Positions 26,953 through 34,436 of a DNA stretch of 34,436 bases are shown one piece after another (position 1 is the first letter of the stretch; every line of letters starts with the position of its first letter). Location: positions 1 to 34,436 of IMG/VR virus record IMGVR_UViG_3300030376_007093; one strand, 5' to 3'. Below the pieces are notes generated by a model. The model did not search any database. It was not told the origin of the DNA and saw only the letters and a program-made list of their open reading frames with translations. A program made the position numbers and the translations under genes. The DNA comes from a virus. Its lineage: Duplodnaviria > Caudoviricetes.

Positions 26953-27813
26953 TCATTTATCAAGCCTTTGTAATTTGTATGTTTTTATTATTCTCAATAA
27001 TTTTTTATTGTATTGTGGGCTATTTAGGCAACTGGTAGCGTATACATAACCGCCATTTTTTACGAAATTTTTGCTTTCGGCTACGGTTTCGCCCCCGCAA
27101 ATTGAGCAAAGCCAGCCGCTAATATCGTTACTTTTTAGGCGGCTTTTATATCTACCGTTTAAAACGTTTGTATAGTTTCTAATACTAAACCAATACGACG
27201 GGAATATATGAAAGCGATCTTTTGGGGTATCGTCGGCAACGTTTAAGGATTTACTTTTATCTTTTCCCCTGTATTTTATGCCGTATAGATTTCGACCCTG
27301 TACGGCTAGGCGTGAAAGGCCGTAATTACTTTCTAAAATAGCCGCCGCCGCAATTAAAGACGGGGGTATATTTTTTAACTTACCTTCGACCTTTGCCGCG
27401 TCGCTTATCCATTTAACAAACGTTTTTATATGGTTACTTTTCCACGTTTTAAAGCGCTCTTTAATTAGCCGCTTTTGTTTGTTGGTTACGGGTAGCGTTT
27501 CGATTTGTTCGCCTTTGTATTCTTTTGATGTTAACCATTTACGCCCGACGGGTAAACCGTTTAAGTCGTAATTCGTACCGCTTATCGTTTCGGCTGCCCC
27601 CGCCCATATTTCGGCGGTTTTTTTTATTTCGGGTTTATTTACCTGTTTCTTTACTTGCTGGGGTTGCTCTTTTATACAAATACTATCTATTATTGTATTT
27701 GTGATTATTTCGCCCTGTGTAGGCATTTCTTTTTGTGTGTTGCTAAATTGTGCGTTTTTTAAACATAACACCGCTACGGCGTAAATAATAACCCCTAATA
27801 AATTGTAGTACAT
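26953..27813 (-). CDS. GH73 glucosaminidase-like peptidoglycan hydrolase with N-terminal membrane segment
   Basis: AAILESNYG (catalytic Glu), NLYGIK, YAT motifs; hydrophobic residues 5-18. Confidence 0.85.
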   Translation of the reverse strand: MYYNLLGVIIYAVAVLCLKNAQFSNTQKEMPTQGEIITNTIIDSICIKEQPQQVKKQVNKPEIKKTAEIWAGAAETISGTNYDLNGLPVGRKWLTSKEYKGEQIETLPVTNKQKRLIKERFKTWKSNHIKTFVKWISDAAKVEGKLKNIPPSLIAAAAILESNYGLSRLAVQGRNLYGIKYRGKDKSKSLNVADDTPKDRFHIFPSYWFSIRNYTNVLNGRYKSRLKSNDISGWLCSICGGETVAESKNFVKNGGYVYATSCLNSPQYNKKLLRIIKTYKLQRLDK

Positions 27814-27894
27814 AATTTTTGTTTTGTTGTCGTTTTAAATACTTTACTTTAAAAGCTAAAGTTTCAAAATTAAAATATATTTATTTTTAATATT

Positions 27895-27950
27895 TGTTTA
27901 AGGGGTTGTAAATTAAACCGTTAAAGAATAAAGAACAACCCCTTTTAACA
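27895..27950 (-). other. Long inverted repeat immediately after the exonuclease stop
   Basis: AAGGGGTTGT (27900-09) / ACAACCCCTT (27935-44), extendable by TGTT/AACA, 25-nt loop. Confidence 0.6.
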
Positions 27951-28643
27951 TTATCTATTAACAAGCGTTTCTAATATGTCATGCTGCAACGCCGCCGCCT
28001 TTTTTAATTTATTTTCAAACACTTTAAATAGACCATAGTCGGCGTATATTTCAACCGAATGAATGCAACTAGTATAAAAGTTTTCATTTTCAATAAGTCG
28101 CGGATCGTATGAAACAAAATGACAATAAGAAGCCCCAGTAATAAATAATTGGTGTTGAACTTGATAATAGTATTGTTTATTGTGTTTTAATAAATCTATA
28201 CCATTTTCAAGATTTAAAATATTATCTATATGGTTTTTACGGTTGTAAGGACATTTTATTTCTATTAAAAAGTTTTCCCCGTCCGCGTCTATTCCTTCGC
28301 CGTCGGGGCTTGCACCCGTCCACAATTCGGGGCAGTCATAAAAGCCGCCGTTTTGTATTTGTAAGTCTTTAATGTCGGCAAACATTTGGCGGGCTTCGTC
28401 TTCGTGTTCTTTTCCCCAGTCAAGCGCTGCGCCGTATATTTCGGGGGCTTCGCCGTATATTAATTCGGTTGTTTTTTCTTTAATATACGTTTTTGCGGTT
28501 TGGGACATTTCGCCCGCTTCCTTATCTTTTTTTGAGCGTGGCTCAGTCATTAAATTATATATTTCGCTGCTGGTAAATTTACCAAGTCTTAAATTTTGCC
28601 ATTCTTCGCCGCCCTGTTCTACATCGTATTTTTTTACGTTCAT
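27951..28643 (-). CDS. YqaJ / lambda-type recombination exonuclease
   Basis: EQGGEEWQNLRLGKFTSS, WGKEHE, GASPDG, IEIKCP, YYYQVQHQL. Confidence 0.93.
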   Translation of the reverse strand: MNVKKYDVEQGGEEWQNLRLGKFTSSEIYNLMTEPRSKKDKEAGEMSQTAKTYIKEKTTELIYGEAPEIYGAALDWGKEHEDEARQMFADIKDLQIQNGGFYDCPELWTGASPDGEGIDADGENFLIEIKCPYNRKNHIDNILNLENGIDLLKHNKQYYYQVQHQLFITGASYCHFVSYDPRLIENENFYTSCIHSVEIYADYGLFKVFENKLKKAAALQHDILETLVNR

Positions 28644-28645
28644 AA

Positions 28646-29179
28646 TTATTTGTTTTTTAGCTTATTGATTAAATCGTTTTTACTTTGTTCTTTTTCCTGT
28701 TTTTTAAAGTCGTCGGCTTCATCCTGCCCGTAAATATTAAATTCGTAAGCATTAACCAATTTTAAAACAACGCGAGAAAGTGCGCGTTTTTCGGCTAGCA
28801 TTAAGTAATAGCTAGACGTACAATTTGCGGGGCTAGCTTCGCCAAAAGTTTCTACTTTTCGACCATTTAAAAAGCCGTAAGCCTTAACCGCTGCATAATC
28901 TTTGTCGATCTTTACAACATCAAAAGTAACGTTTATATCTTTTGCCCTTTGAATTTTTTCTATACCTGTACGGGTTATAATAGTATAAAACCCTTTTTTA
29001 TGTTTGTATGTGTCTTCGGGTAATAGTCCGCAATCCTTATACAAAGCGTTTAAAATTTCTTTTTGTGTCATTTTTACGGGTTGTTTAGGTTTTGGCTTTA
29101 CGGTTTGTTTAGCCCCTATATTAGCCGCCATTTGTTCGGCTTCCATTTGTTGGGTAAATATTTCTTTTTGTCGTCCCAT
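28646..29179 (-). CDS. Probable ssDNA-annealing protein (recombinase partner of the exonuclease)
   Basis: Adjacent to YqaJ; TFGEA..MLAEKRALSRVVLK..IYGQDE resembles Rad52-fold annealase C-terminal helix. Confidence 0.55.
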   Translation of the reverse strand: MGRQKEIFTQQMEAEQMAANIGAKQTVKPKPKQPVKMTQKEILNALYKDCGLLPEDTYKHKKGFYTIITRTGIEKIQRAKDINVTFDVVKIDKDYAAVKAYGFLNGRKVETFGEASPANCTSSYYLMLAEKRALSRVVLKLVNAYEFNIYGQDEADDFKKQEKEQSKNDLINKLKNK

Positions 29180-29219
29180 ACTTTTAAAATTTTGTTTATT
29201 ATGTAATTATTAACGATAG

Positions 29220-29251
29220 CAATATTAAATATTAAAATTATATTTTGCAAA
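29220..29251 (-). promoter_or_regulatory. Leftward early promoter
   Basis: Minus strand TTTG, 20 bp, TAATATTG. Confidence 0.7.
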
Positions 29252-29271
29252 TTTTTTGCAATATTTCGCAA
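29245..29271. promoter_or_regulatory. Three phased operator-like boxes between divergent promoters
   Basis: TTGCAA 29245, TTGCAA 29256, TCGCAA 29266; the same pair occurs at 526/537 and 25063/25074. Confidence 0.6.
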
Positions 29272-29296
29272 TTTTTAAAAATAATTTATATATTCG
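29265..29296 (+). promoter_or_regulatory. Rightward early promoter (variant)
   Basis: TTCG, 20 bp, TATATTCG; 29 bp before ATG 29326. Confidence 0.55.
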
Positions 29297-29325
29297 TGAA
29301 TAGAAAAATAAAAAACACTAAGTAT

Positions 29326-29601
29326 ATGCAAGCACTATTAAAAAAGATCGCAAAAAACATACGTCGCGACATGAAAGATAATAACATTTTATTTCTTAAT
29401 TCCTGCCCTTATCCTGTAAGTTGGCGAACTATTAACACAATTTTAGACGCAGCCGAAAAAAACAAGGATTTTACATTCAGTATTCGCACATTATCGCGCC
29501 TTTGTGATTATTTTAAAATAAATTACGAAATTAAGGGGCGAAACATTTATTTAAGATATGTTAACAAAAATAATAATAAACGGAATAATACACGGGCTTA
29601 A
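29326..29601 (+). CDS. XRE/Cro-like HTH transcriptional regulator (start MQALL)
   Basis: IAKNIRR..VSWRTINTI..SIRTLSRLCDYFKI; first gene at the divergent junction. Confidence 0.6.
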   Translation: MQALLKKIAKNIRRDMKDNNILFLNSCPYPVSWRTINTILDAAEKNKDFTFSIRTLSRLCDYFKINYEIKGRNIYLRYVNKNNNKRNNTRA

Positions 29602-29917
29602 CGGTAAACACGGACTAATACGCGAGCATTACCATACGGCAAAGCGAAAAAAAGAAAAATATACACTTTTAATAAAAAGCCAAACGAAGAATAAACACGC
29701 GGGGCGGGTTACAATTAAATACATTGGCTATAAATCGCGGTTCATGGACTGGGACAACTTCGCGGCCAGTTTTAAACACTTAGGCGATAGTCTAGTAAAC
29801 GCTGGGGTAATAGTTGACGATAAACCCGCTATAATTGTAAAATTCACACCTATACAAATAAAGTCAAAAATTAAAGACCAAAGGGTCGAAATTATTATAA
29901 AAGATTACAACGAATGA
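29558..29917 (+). CDS. rusA: RusA-like Holliday junction resolvase
   Basis: DWDN...K..GDSLVNAGVIVDD catalytic motif. Confidence 0.82.
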   Translation: MLTKIIINGIIHGLNGKHGLIREHYHTAKRKKEKYTLLIKSQTKNKHAGRVTIKYIGYKSRFMDWDNFAASFKHLGDSLVNAGVIVDDKPAIIVKFTPIQIKSKIKDQRVEIIIKDYNE

Positions 29918-30219
29918 AAACAGGACAAAAAGAGATTTATTTTAAAGAGTTTGTTAATAAATATAGAGTCTATAAAAGACTAAGCGGCGAAAAAGCGGGC
30001 GGGTATATTTATAGCCCAACGGGCGAAGATCGCGACCATGTTTTAAAACAAGTTAGACACCCTTATAAATGCTTTACGGTTTGGACGGTATACCATGAAA
30101 AGGGGCGAAAAATAATAAAGGCGGGTTATAATGTTTCAAAGTATAGAGTAGGGCATATATTAAGCGGTAAAAGGTGGCAAGATAAAAACAAAGAAATTTA
30201 TTTAATTAAAAAAAATTAA
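29914..30219 (+). CDS. Hypothetical protein
   Basis: 101-aa ATGA-coupled ORF. Confidence 0.7.
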   Translation: MKTGQKEIYFKEFVNKYRVYKRLSGEKAGGYIYSPTGEDRDHVLKQVRHPYKCFTVWTVYHEKGRKIIKAGYNVSKYRVGHILSGKRWQDKNKEIYLIKKN

Positions 30220-30222
30220 AAA

Positions 30223-30615
30223 ATGGAAAATAAAAAAAATAATTGCGGGGTAAGTTTAGATCGAGATTTTTTAAATGCTATTGATAAAAAAGTAGATTGT
30301 ATAAACAATGAAGACATTGTATATACTTATGTATGCAAAACCGAAGACAACACAAAAAGCCGCCTAAAATTGGGCGTTAATTATCAAATAATTAAATGCT
30401 TAGTTTCCGAATTGAAAATTGATTCTTCATGGGAAAATTACGCAGATAACCATATAAATAATATAAGGGTTTTTATTGAATTATACCCACTTGATAGCCT
30501 ACCCAGTTGGTACGATAAAAACCATTATTTTGAAGACTTTCAAGAAGCCGCAGATTGTAACATATTTTACACTAGAGATGCGGCTATAAATTATGTAAAT
30601 AAAAACTTTAAATAA
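30223..30615 (+). CDS. Hypothetical protein
   Basis: 130-aa ORF with A-rich start. Confidence 0.7.
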   Translation: MENKKNNCGVSLDRDFLNAIDKKVDCINNEDIVYTYVCKTEDNTKSRLKLGVNYQIIKCLVSELKIDSSWENYADNHINNIRVFIELYPLDSLPSWYDKNHYFEDFQEAADCNIFYTRDAAINYVNKNFK

Positions 30616-30627
30616 AACAGTAAGAAA

Positions 30628-30792
30628 ATGAACGATACAAAACAAAGATTTATAATTAAGTATATATATAAGCCAACAAACGAAAGTAAAATGTATGTAG
30701 GGGAAATATACGAAAGCGCTATAAATACATTAGGCGGTATGCTAAAGCTAAATGAATTTTATACGGTAATATCATACAATTTTGACTATTAA
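30628..30792 (+). CDS. Hypothetical 54-aa protein MNDTKQRFIIK... (not in ORF track)
   Basis: Open frame filling the gap; TAA abuts ATG 30793. Confidence 0.65.
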   Translation: MNDTKQRFIIKYIYKPTNESKMYVGEIYESAINTLGGMLKLNEFYTVISYNFDY

Positions 30793-31794
30793 ATGCAAAC
30801 ACCAAATTATTACACGGTATTAACCCCAGCCGTAAGGTATAGCGACAAAATAAGCGACTTTCAAAAAATATTATTTTCTGAAATTGTCGCCCTTTGCAAT
30901 ACGTCGGGGGTTTGCTTTGCATCAAATAAATATTTTTGTAATTGCTTTAAAAAGTCAAAAGTAACAATTTCACAAAGTATATCTAACTTACAAAAAAATG
31001 GGTTTATTACGCTTGAAATAGACACCGAAAAAGGTAATAAAAGAACAATTACAATATGTAAAGGAATTGAACGACCTATTAAAGAAAAGTTTAACACCCC
31101 TAATAAAGAAAACTTAAACACATATAATAAAGTTATTATTAAAGATAATAACACTATTAATAAATATAATGTTAATAACTACGATTTATTTAATACCTTC
31201 ATTAGCTATTACAAAAAACAAACGGGGCAGCGGTTAAGAATACCAACACAAAAAATAAAGCTAGCTGCTAGCCAAAAATACAAACTATTTGCCGCCCGAA
31301 TAAATGACGGTTACACCTTAGACGATCTTAAAAAAGTTTTAGACGCTAAAATAAAAGACTGGGGCGAATGCGACAAAATGAAAAAATACATTCGAATAGC
31401 TACCCTTTACAATAAATCGAACTTTGAAAAATATTTAGACGAATCCGAAAATATAGACAACTTAAATACAAACGTTTCTAAATTGCCGTGTATTGAGCGA
31501 TATTTTAAAGCCCGATACAATACTAAGAAATATAATTTAATGGCGACACGGGGCAAAATAGACACATTTAAAGCCCTTTTTAATGAAAACTTTAATTACT
31601 TGAAAGAGTTTAAAAGCAATTTTACCAATAATTCGATAAATGAAATGGTACTTTTTGAAATTGCGTTTACGTCGTTAGGGTCGGACAAATTAACGGGAAC
31701 GACAAAAGAAAAAAAATTAAATTCTTTTCTAAGGTGGTATAATAAACAAAGCGATTATTTTAGAAATAAAGGCGACATTTTACAAATTATATAA
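30793..31794 (+). CDS. Phage replication initiator (N-terminal winged HTH, conserved phage C-terminal domain)
   Basis: PNYYTVLTPAVRY..CFASNKYF..ISQSISNLQKNGFI; MKKYIRIATLY..NFEKYL. Confidence 0.85.
   Translation: MQTPNYYTVLTPAVRYSDKISDFQKILFSEIVALCNTSGVCFASNKYFCNCFKKSKVTISQSISNLQKNGFITLEIDTEKGNKRTITICKGIERPIKEKFNTPNKENLNTYNKVIIKDNNTINKYNVNNYDLFNTFISYYKKQTGQRLRIPTQKIKLAASQKYKLFAARINDGYTLDDLKKVLDAKIKDWGECDKMKKYIRIATLYNKSNFEKYLDESENIDNLNTNVSKLPCIERYFKARYNTKKYNLMATRGKIDTFKALFNENFNYLKEFKSNFTNNSINEMVLFEIAFTSLGSDKLTGTTKEKKLNSFLRWYNKQSDYFRNKGDILQII
31080..31180. repeat. Iteron-like repeats plus AT-rich tract inside the initiator gene (candidate origin)
   Basis: TAAAGAAAAGTTTAACAC (31080-97), TAAAGAAAACTTAAACAC (31104-21), degenerate TAAAGATAATAACAC (31140-54). 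Confidence 0.55.
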
Positions 31795-31833
31795 AAGCAA
31801 AACATTAAATTAAACAAACCAAAATTAAAAAGT

Positions 31834-33597
31834 ATGTTAAAAGACGCAATTAAACTACATGAAAGCGGGTTTAAAATAATACCCGTTAGGCAAGATAAAA
31901 CGCCCGCGTGTCGTTGGTCGGAATACCGAAAAAGCCAAAACCTAGACGACATAAAAAAACTATTCGCAAGCCATACCGAAGGGCTGGCGATCATAACGGG
32001 GGACGGTTTAGAAGTTATCGACATAGATTTAAAATATAGTTTAGACCCCTTTAAATTTTTAGATGATATTTGTAATCGTATAATCGAAACAATAGGCTTA
32101 CAGGATTACGAAAGCCTAATTTTTGTACATACTCAAAACAAAGGGTTTCATATTTACTATAAAACCGACGTTATAGAAGGTAATCAAAAACTAGCTAGCC
32201 GTTACACAACGGACGAAGAACGAACGAACCCCAACGATAATACACGGGTATTAATCGAAACGCGGGGGCATGGTGGCTACGTAGTCGCACCCCCTACAAA
32301 TGGCTATAAATACGACGCCCCAGCGCGTACACTTGAACAAATACCATTTTTAACGGACTTTAAGCGCAATAAATTAATTAAGGTTTTAAAAGAATTTAAC
32401 CAAACGGACGAACACTACAAACGCGCCCAAATATCGACACCCTTAAAAGACTTTTCAAGTAATAAAACGACTATTGAAGCCTTTAACGATTCGCACACGT
32501 GCCGCGAAATTATAGAAGCTAACGGCTGGGAATTTCAATATACACAGGGGCAAAACGATCTATATAGGCGCCCCAACAAAGACAAAGGCGTAAGCGGGGG
32601 TTATTCTCAAAGCCTTAACCTTTTTTATTGTTTTACATCGTCCACCGAACTAGAACCAAATAAAGCATTTAACCCGTTTCAATTATATACTTTTTTTAAT
32701 CATTCGGGGGACTATCACGCAGCTAGTAAAGAACTTTATAAAATAGGGTACGGCGATAGACTAGAAAAACAAGACTTTAAAAAGCAATTAAATATAATAA
32801 GCGACGAAGTACGGCAAAAGGAAAAAAACACCGATAGCGACTTAATGCAAAGTATATTTAATACAAATTTTGATATACATATAAAACCGACAATAAAACC
32901 CAGTACATTATTTTTAGTTGACCCATTAACCAATAAAGAAACGGGTATAGGTGGCGAAGGCGAAATAATCACATTTTTAGGTTTACAAAAATCGAGAAAG
33001 TCAGCAATAGCCAGCGCGGCGGCTAGTTGTTTCATACAGGGGGTTAATAGTTGCCTAAACTTTCGGGCGGCTTATGACGGTAAAAAGATTATACATATAG
33101 ACACAGAGCAAGGCCAATACGACTATTATAAAACGTGCGAAACAATGCTACATTATGCAGGACACAACAACCAAAACGCAAATAATTTTTATAGTTTCCG
33201 TTTGACTAATTACACCACACTACAAAAGGTTCAATTTTTGGATTATATAGTTAACAAATTAAATAATATAGGTTGTTTATTTTTAGACGGTATTGTAGAC
33301 CTTTGCAAAGATTACAACGACTTGAAAGAAGGGCGCGAGATTGTGCAATATGTGCGGCGCTTATGCTCAAAACATAGCTTTTTATTAATGAATGTTTTAC
33401 ACAATGCACGTAGCACAGGAAAAGCGCGGGGGCATTTAGGTACGGAATTATTAAACAAAGGTAAATGTAATATAAACATAGTAAAGGATAAAGAAGGCGG
33501 TTATAGTACGTTAACTATTGACGATCTACGGGGCGCACACGAACCGCAAGGCTTTGACTTTTCGCATAATCATTTTGGGCAATTAGAAATAGTATAA
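31834..33597 (+). CDS. Prim-Pol primase-polymerase fused to RecA-like (AAA_25) helicase
   Basis: IIPV..KTP, VIDID, TQNKGFHIYY, ETRGHGGYVVAPP; GLQKSRKS, HIDTEQ, FLDGIVD, RGHLGTEL. Confidence 0.88.
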   Translation: MLKDAIKLHESGFKIIPVRQDKTPACRWSEYRKSQNLDDIKKLFASHTEGLAIITGDGLEVIDIDLKYSLDPFKFLDDICNRIIETIGLQDYESLIFVHTQNKGFHIYYKTDVIEGNQKLASRYTTDEERTNPNDNTRVLIETRGHGGYVVAPPTNGYKYDAPARTLEQIPFLTDFKRNKLIKVLKEFNQTDEHYKRAQISTPLKDFSSNKTTIEAFNDSHTCREIIEANGWEFQYTQGQNDLYRRPNKDKGVSGGYSQSLNLFYCFTSSTELEPNKAFNPFQLYTFFNHSGDYHAASKELYKIGYGDRLEKQDFKKQLNIISDEVRQKEKNTDSDLMQSIFNTNFDIHIKPTIKPSTLFLVDPLTNKETGIGGEGEIITFLGLQKSRKSAIASAAASCFIQGVNSCLNFRAAYDGKKIIHIDTEQGQYDYYKTCETMLHYAGHNNQNANNFYSFRLTNYTTLQKVQFLDYIVNKLNNIGCLFLDGIVDLCKDYNDLKEGREIVQYVRRLCSKHSFLLMNVLHNARSTGKARGHLGTELLNKGKCNINIVKDKEGGYSTLTIDDLRGAHEPQGFDFSHNHFGQLEIV

Positions 33598-33599
33598 TT

Positions 33600-34268
33600 A
33601 TGCAAGTAACGGAAAAAATAAAAATAACGAATGAAGACAATATGCAATTAATGTCAAGGTATGAAGATAATTACTTTGACTTGGCTATTGTAGATCCCCC
33701 TTATGGTATAGGGGAAGCAGGACAAAGAAATAAGTCTGGAGATCGAAACACGAAAAAATGGTCAAACCCCAAAAGTATAAAATATAAATCATTTGATGAC
33801 AGCAGCCCCCCGCAAAAAAAATATTTTGCTGAACTTTTTCGTGTTTCAAAAAATCAAATTATATGGGGCGGGAATTATTTTACAAATTACTTAAAACCTT
33901 CAAAAGGGTGGATAGTTTGGGATAAAAAAGCAGACATTAAAGAATATTTATCAATGTGTGAATTAGCCTATTCGAGTTTTAATAAAAAATGCAACAAGTT
34001 TGAATTTTTATGGGCAGGATTTAAAAAAGCAGTTCAAGAAAAACGAATACACCCAACGCAAAAACCTGTTAAGTTATATGAATGGCTTTTAATAAATTAC
34101 GCAAAAGAAAGGGACAAAATACTTGATACACATTTTGGTAGTGGCTCAATAGCGATTGCGTGCCATAATTTAGGCTATGAGTTGACGGCGTGCGAACTTG
34201 ACAAAGACTATTACAACGCTAGTATAAAGCGAATAAAACAACATATTAGCCAATTAAGAATTTTTTAA
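33600..34268 (+). CDS. N6-adenine/N4-cytosine DNA methyltransferase (beta class)
   Basis: IVDPPYG, HPTQKP, ILDTHFGSGS in beta order. Confidence 0.93.
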   Translation: MQVTEKIKITNEDNMQLMSRYEDNYFDLAIVDPPYGIGEAGQRNKSGDRNTKKWSNPKSIKYKSFDDSSPPQKKYFAELFRVSKNQIIWGGNYFTNYLKPSKGWIVWDKKADIKEYLSMCELAYSSFNKKCNKFEFLWAGFKKAVQEKRIHPTQKPVKLYEWLLINYAKERDKILDTHFGSGSIAIACHNLGYELTACELDKDYYNASIKRIKQHISQLRIF

Positions 34269-34270
34269 AC

Positions 34271-34436
34271 ATGGATTTATTCACATTACCGATAACACAG
34301 GAACACCAAAAGAAAGCCGCAAAATTAGCCGACAAATACGCATATAAAGGCTCAATAATGAAAGGGGCGCGAAACTATACAAGTAAGTTGAGCGAATTGA
34401 TAATAGCTGAATATTTAGGCGTGGAACTAAAAAATA
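34271..34436 (+). CDS. 5' part of the PD-(D/E)XK-like gene continuing at the window start
   Basis: MDLFTLPITQEHQKKAAKLADKYAYKGSIMKGARNY.. open to the window end; 2 bp after the MTase stop. Confidence 0.8.
   Translation, partial: MDLFTLPITQEHQKKAAKLADKYAYKGSIMKGARNYTSKLSELIIAEYLGVELKN
34297..34436. repeat. Right copy of imperfect terminal direct repeat
   Basis: 132/140 identical to 1-140. Confidence 0.97.

Noticed and set aside
29245-29325. Longer TTG start for the HTH gene
   Set aside because: Lies within the divergent promoter/operator region
24228-33035. Opposite-strand ORFs at 24228, 28372, 29004, 30719, 30861, 31755 and 32736
   Set aside because: Shadows of better-supported genes
1-34436. 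CRISPR array, tRNA, integrase/att site, intron/intein, stop-codon reassignment
   Set aside because: No spaced repeats or cloverleaf seen; genes tile densely in the standard code and core proteins have normal lengths

Overview
The window looks like an essentially complete (~34.3 kb unique) AT-rich tailed dsDNA phage genome, probably a siphovirus. Its ends overlap by an imperfect 140-bp repeat. The host is very likely a member of Bacteroidota: promoters fit the TTG-N20-TAnnTTTG consensus, translation starts are A-rich without Shine-Dalgarno motifs, and a DUF3127-like SSB is present. A rightward late block (1782-24151) holds terminase, portal, MuF-like protein, neck/tail genes, a TIGR02594-like cell-wall hydrolase, a -1 frameshifted tail chaperone pair, tape measure, scaffold, capsid, tail tube, putative tail tip/fibre genes, a holin-like protein and a cluster of very basic small proteins. 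A leftward early block (29179-24221) holds an annealase-like protein, YqaJ exonuclease, GH73 glucosaminidase, metallophosphoesterase and SSB. A rightward replication block (29326 through the junction to 1165) holds an HTH protein, RusA, an initiator with iteron-like repeats, Prim-Pol/helicase, a DNA methyltransferase and a PD-(D/E)XK-like protein. No integrase, DNA polymerase, tRNA, reverse transcriptase or CRISPR array was seen. The most notable signals are non-coding: (1) a candidate ~55-nt small RNA and a late 3' UTR that are antisense to the start-codon regions of several early genes; (2) helically phased TTGCRA operator-like boxes over the early promoters; (3) apparent genome-wide absence of GAGG/CCTC, GGAG/CTCC, CCGG, CCWGG and GGNCC. 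All family assignments come from motifs read by eye, without database searches.
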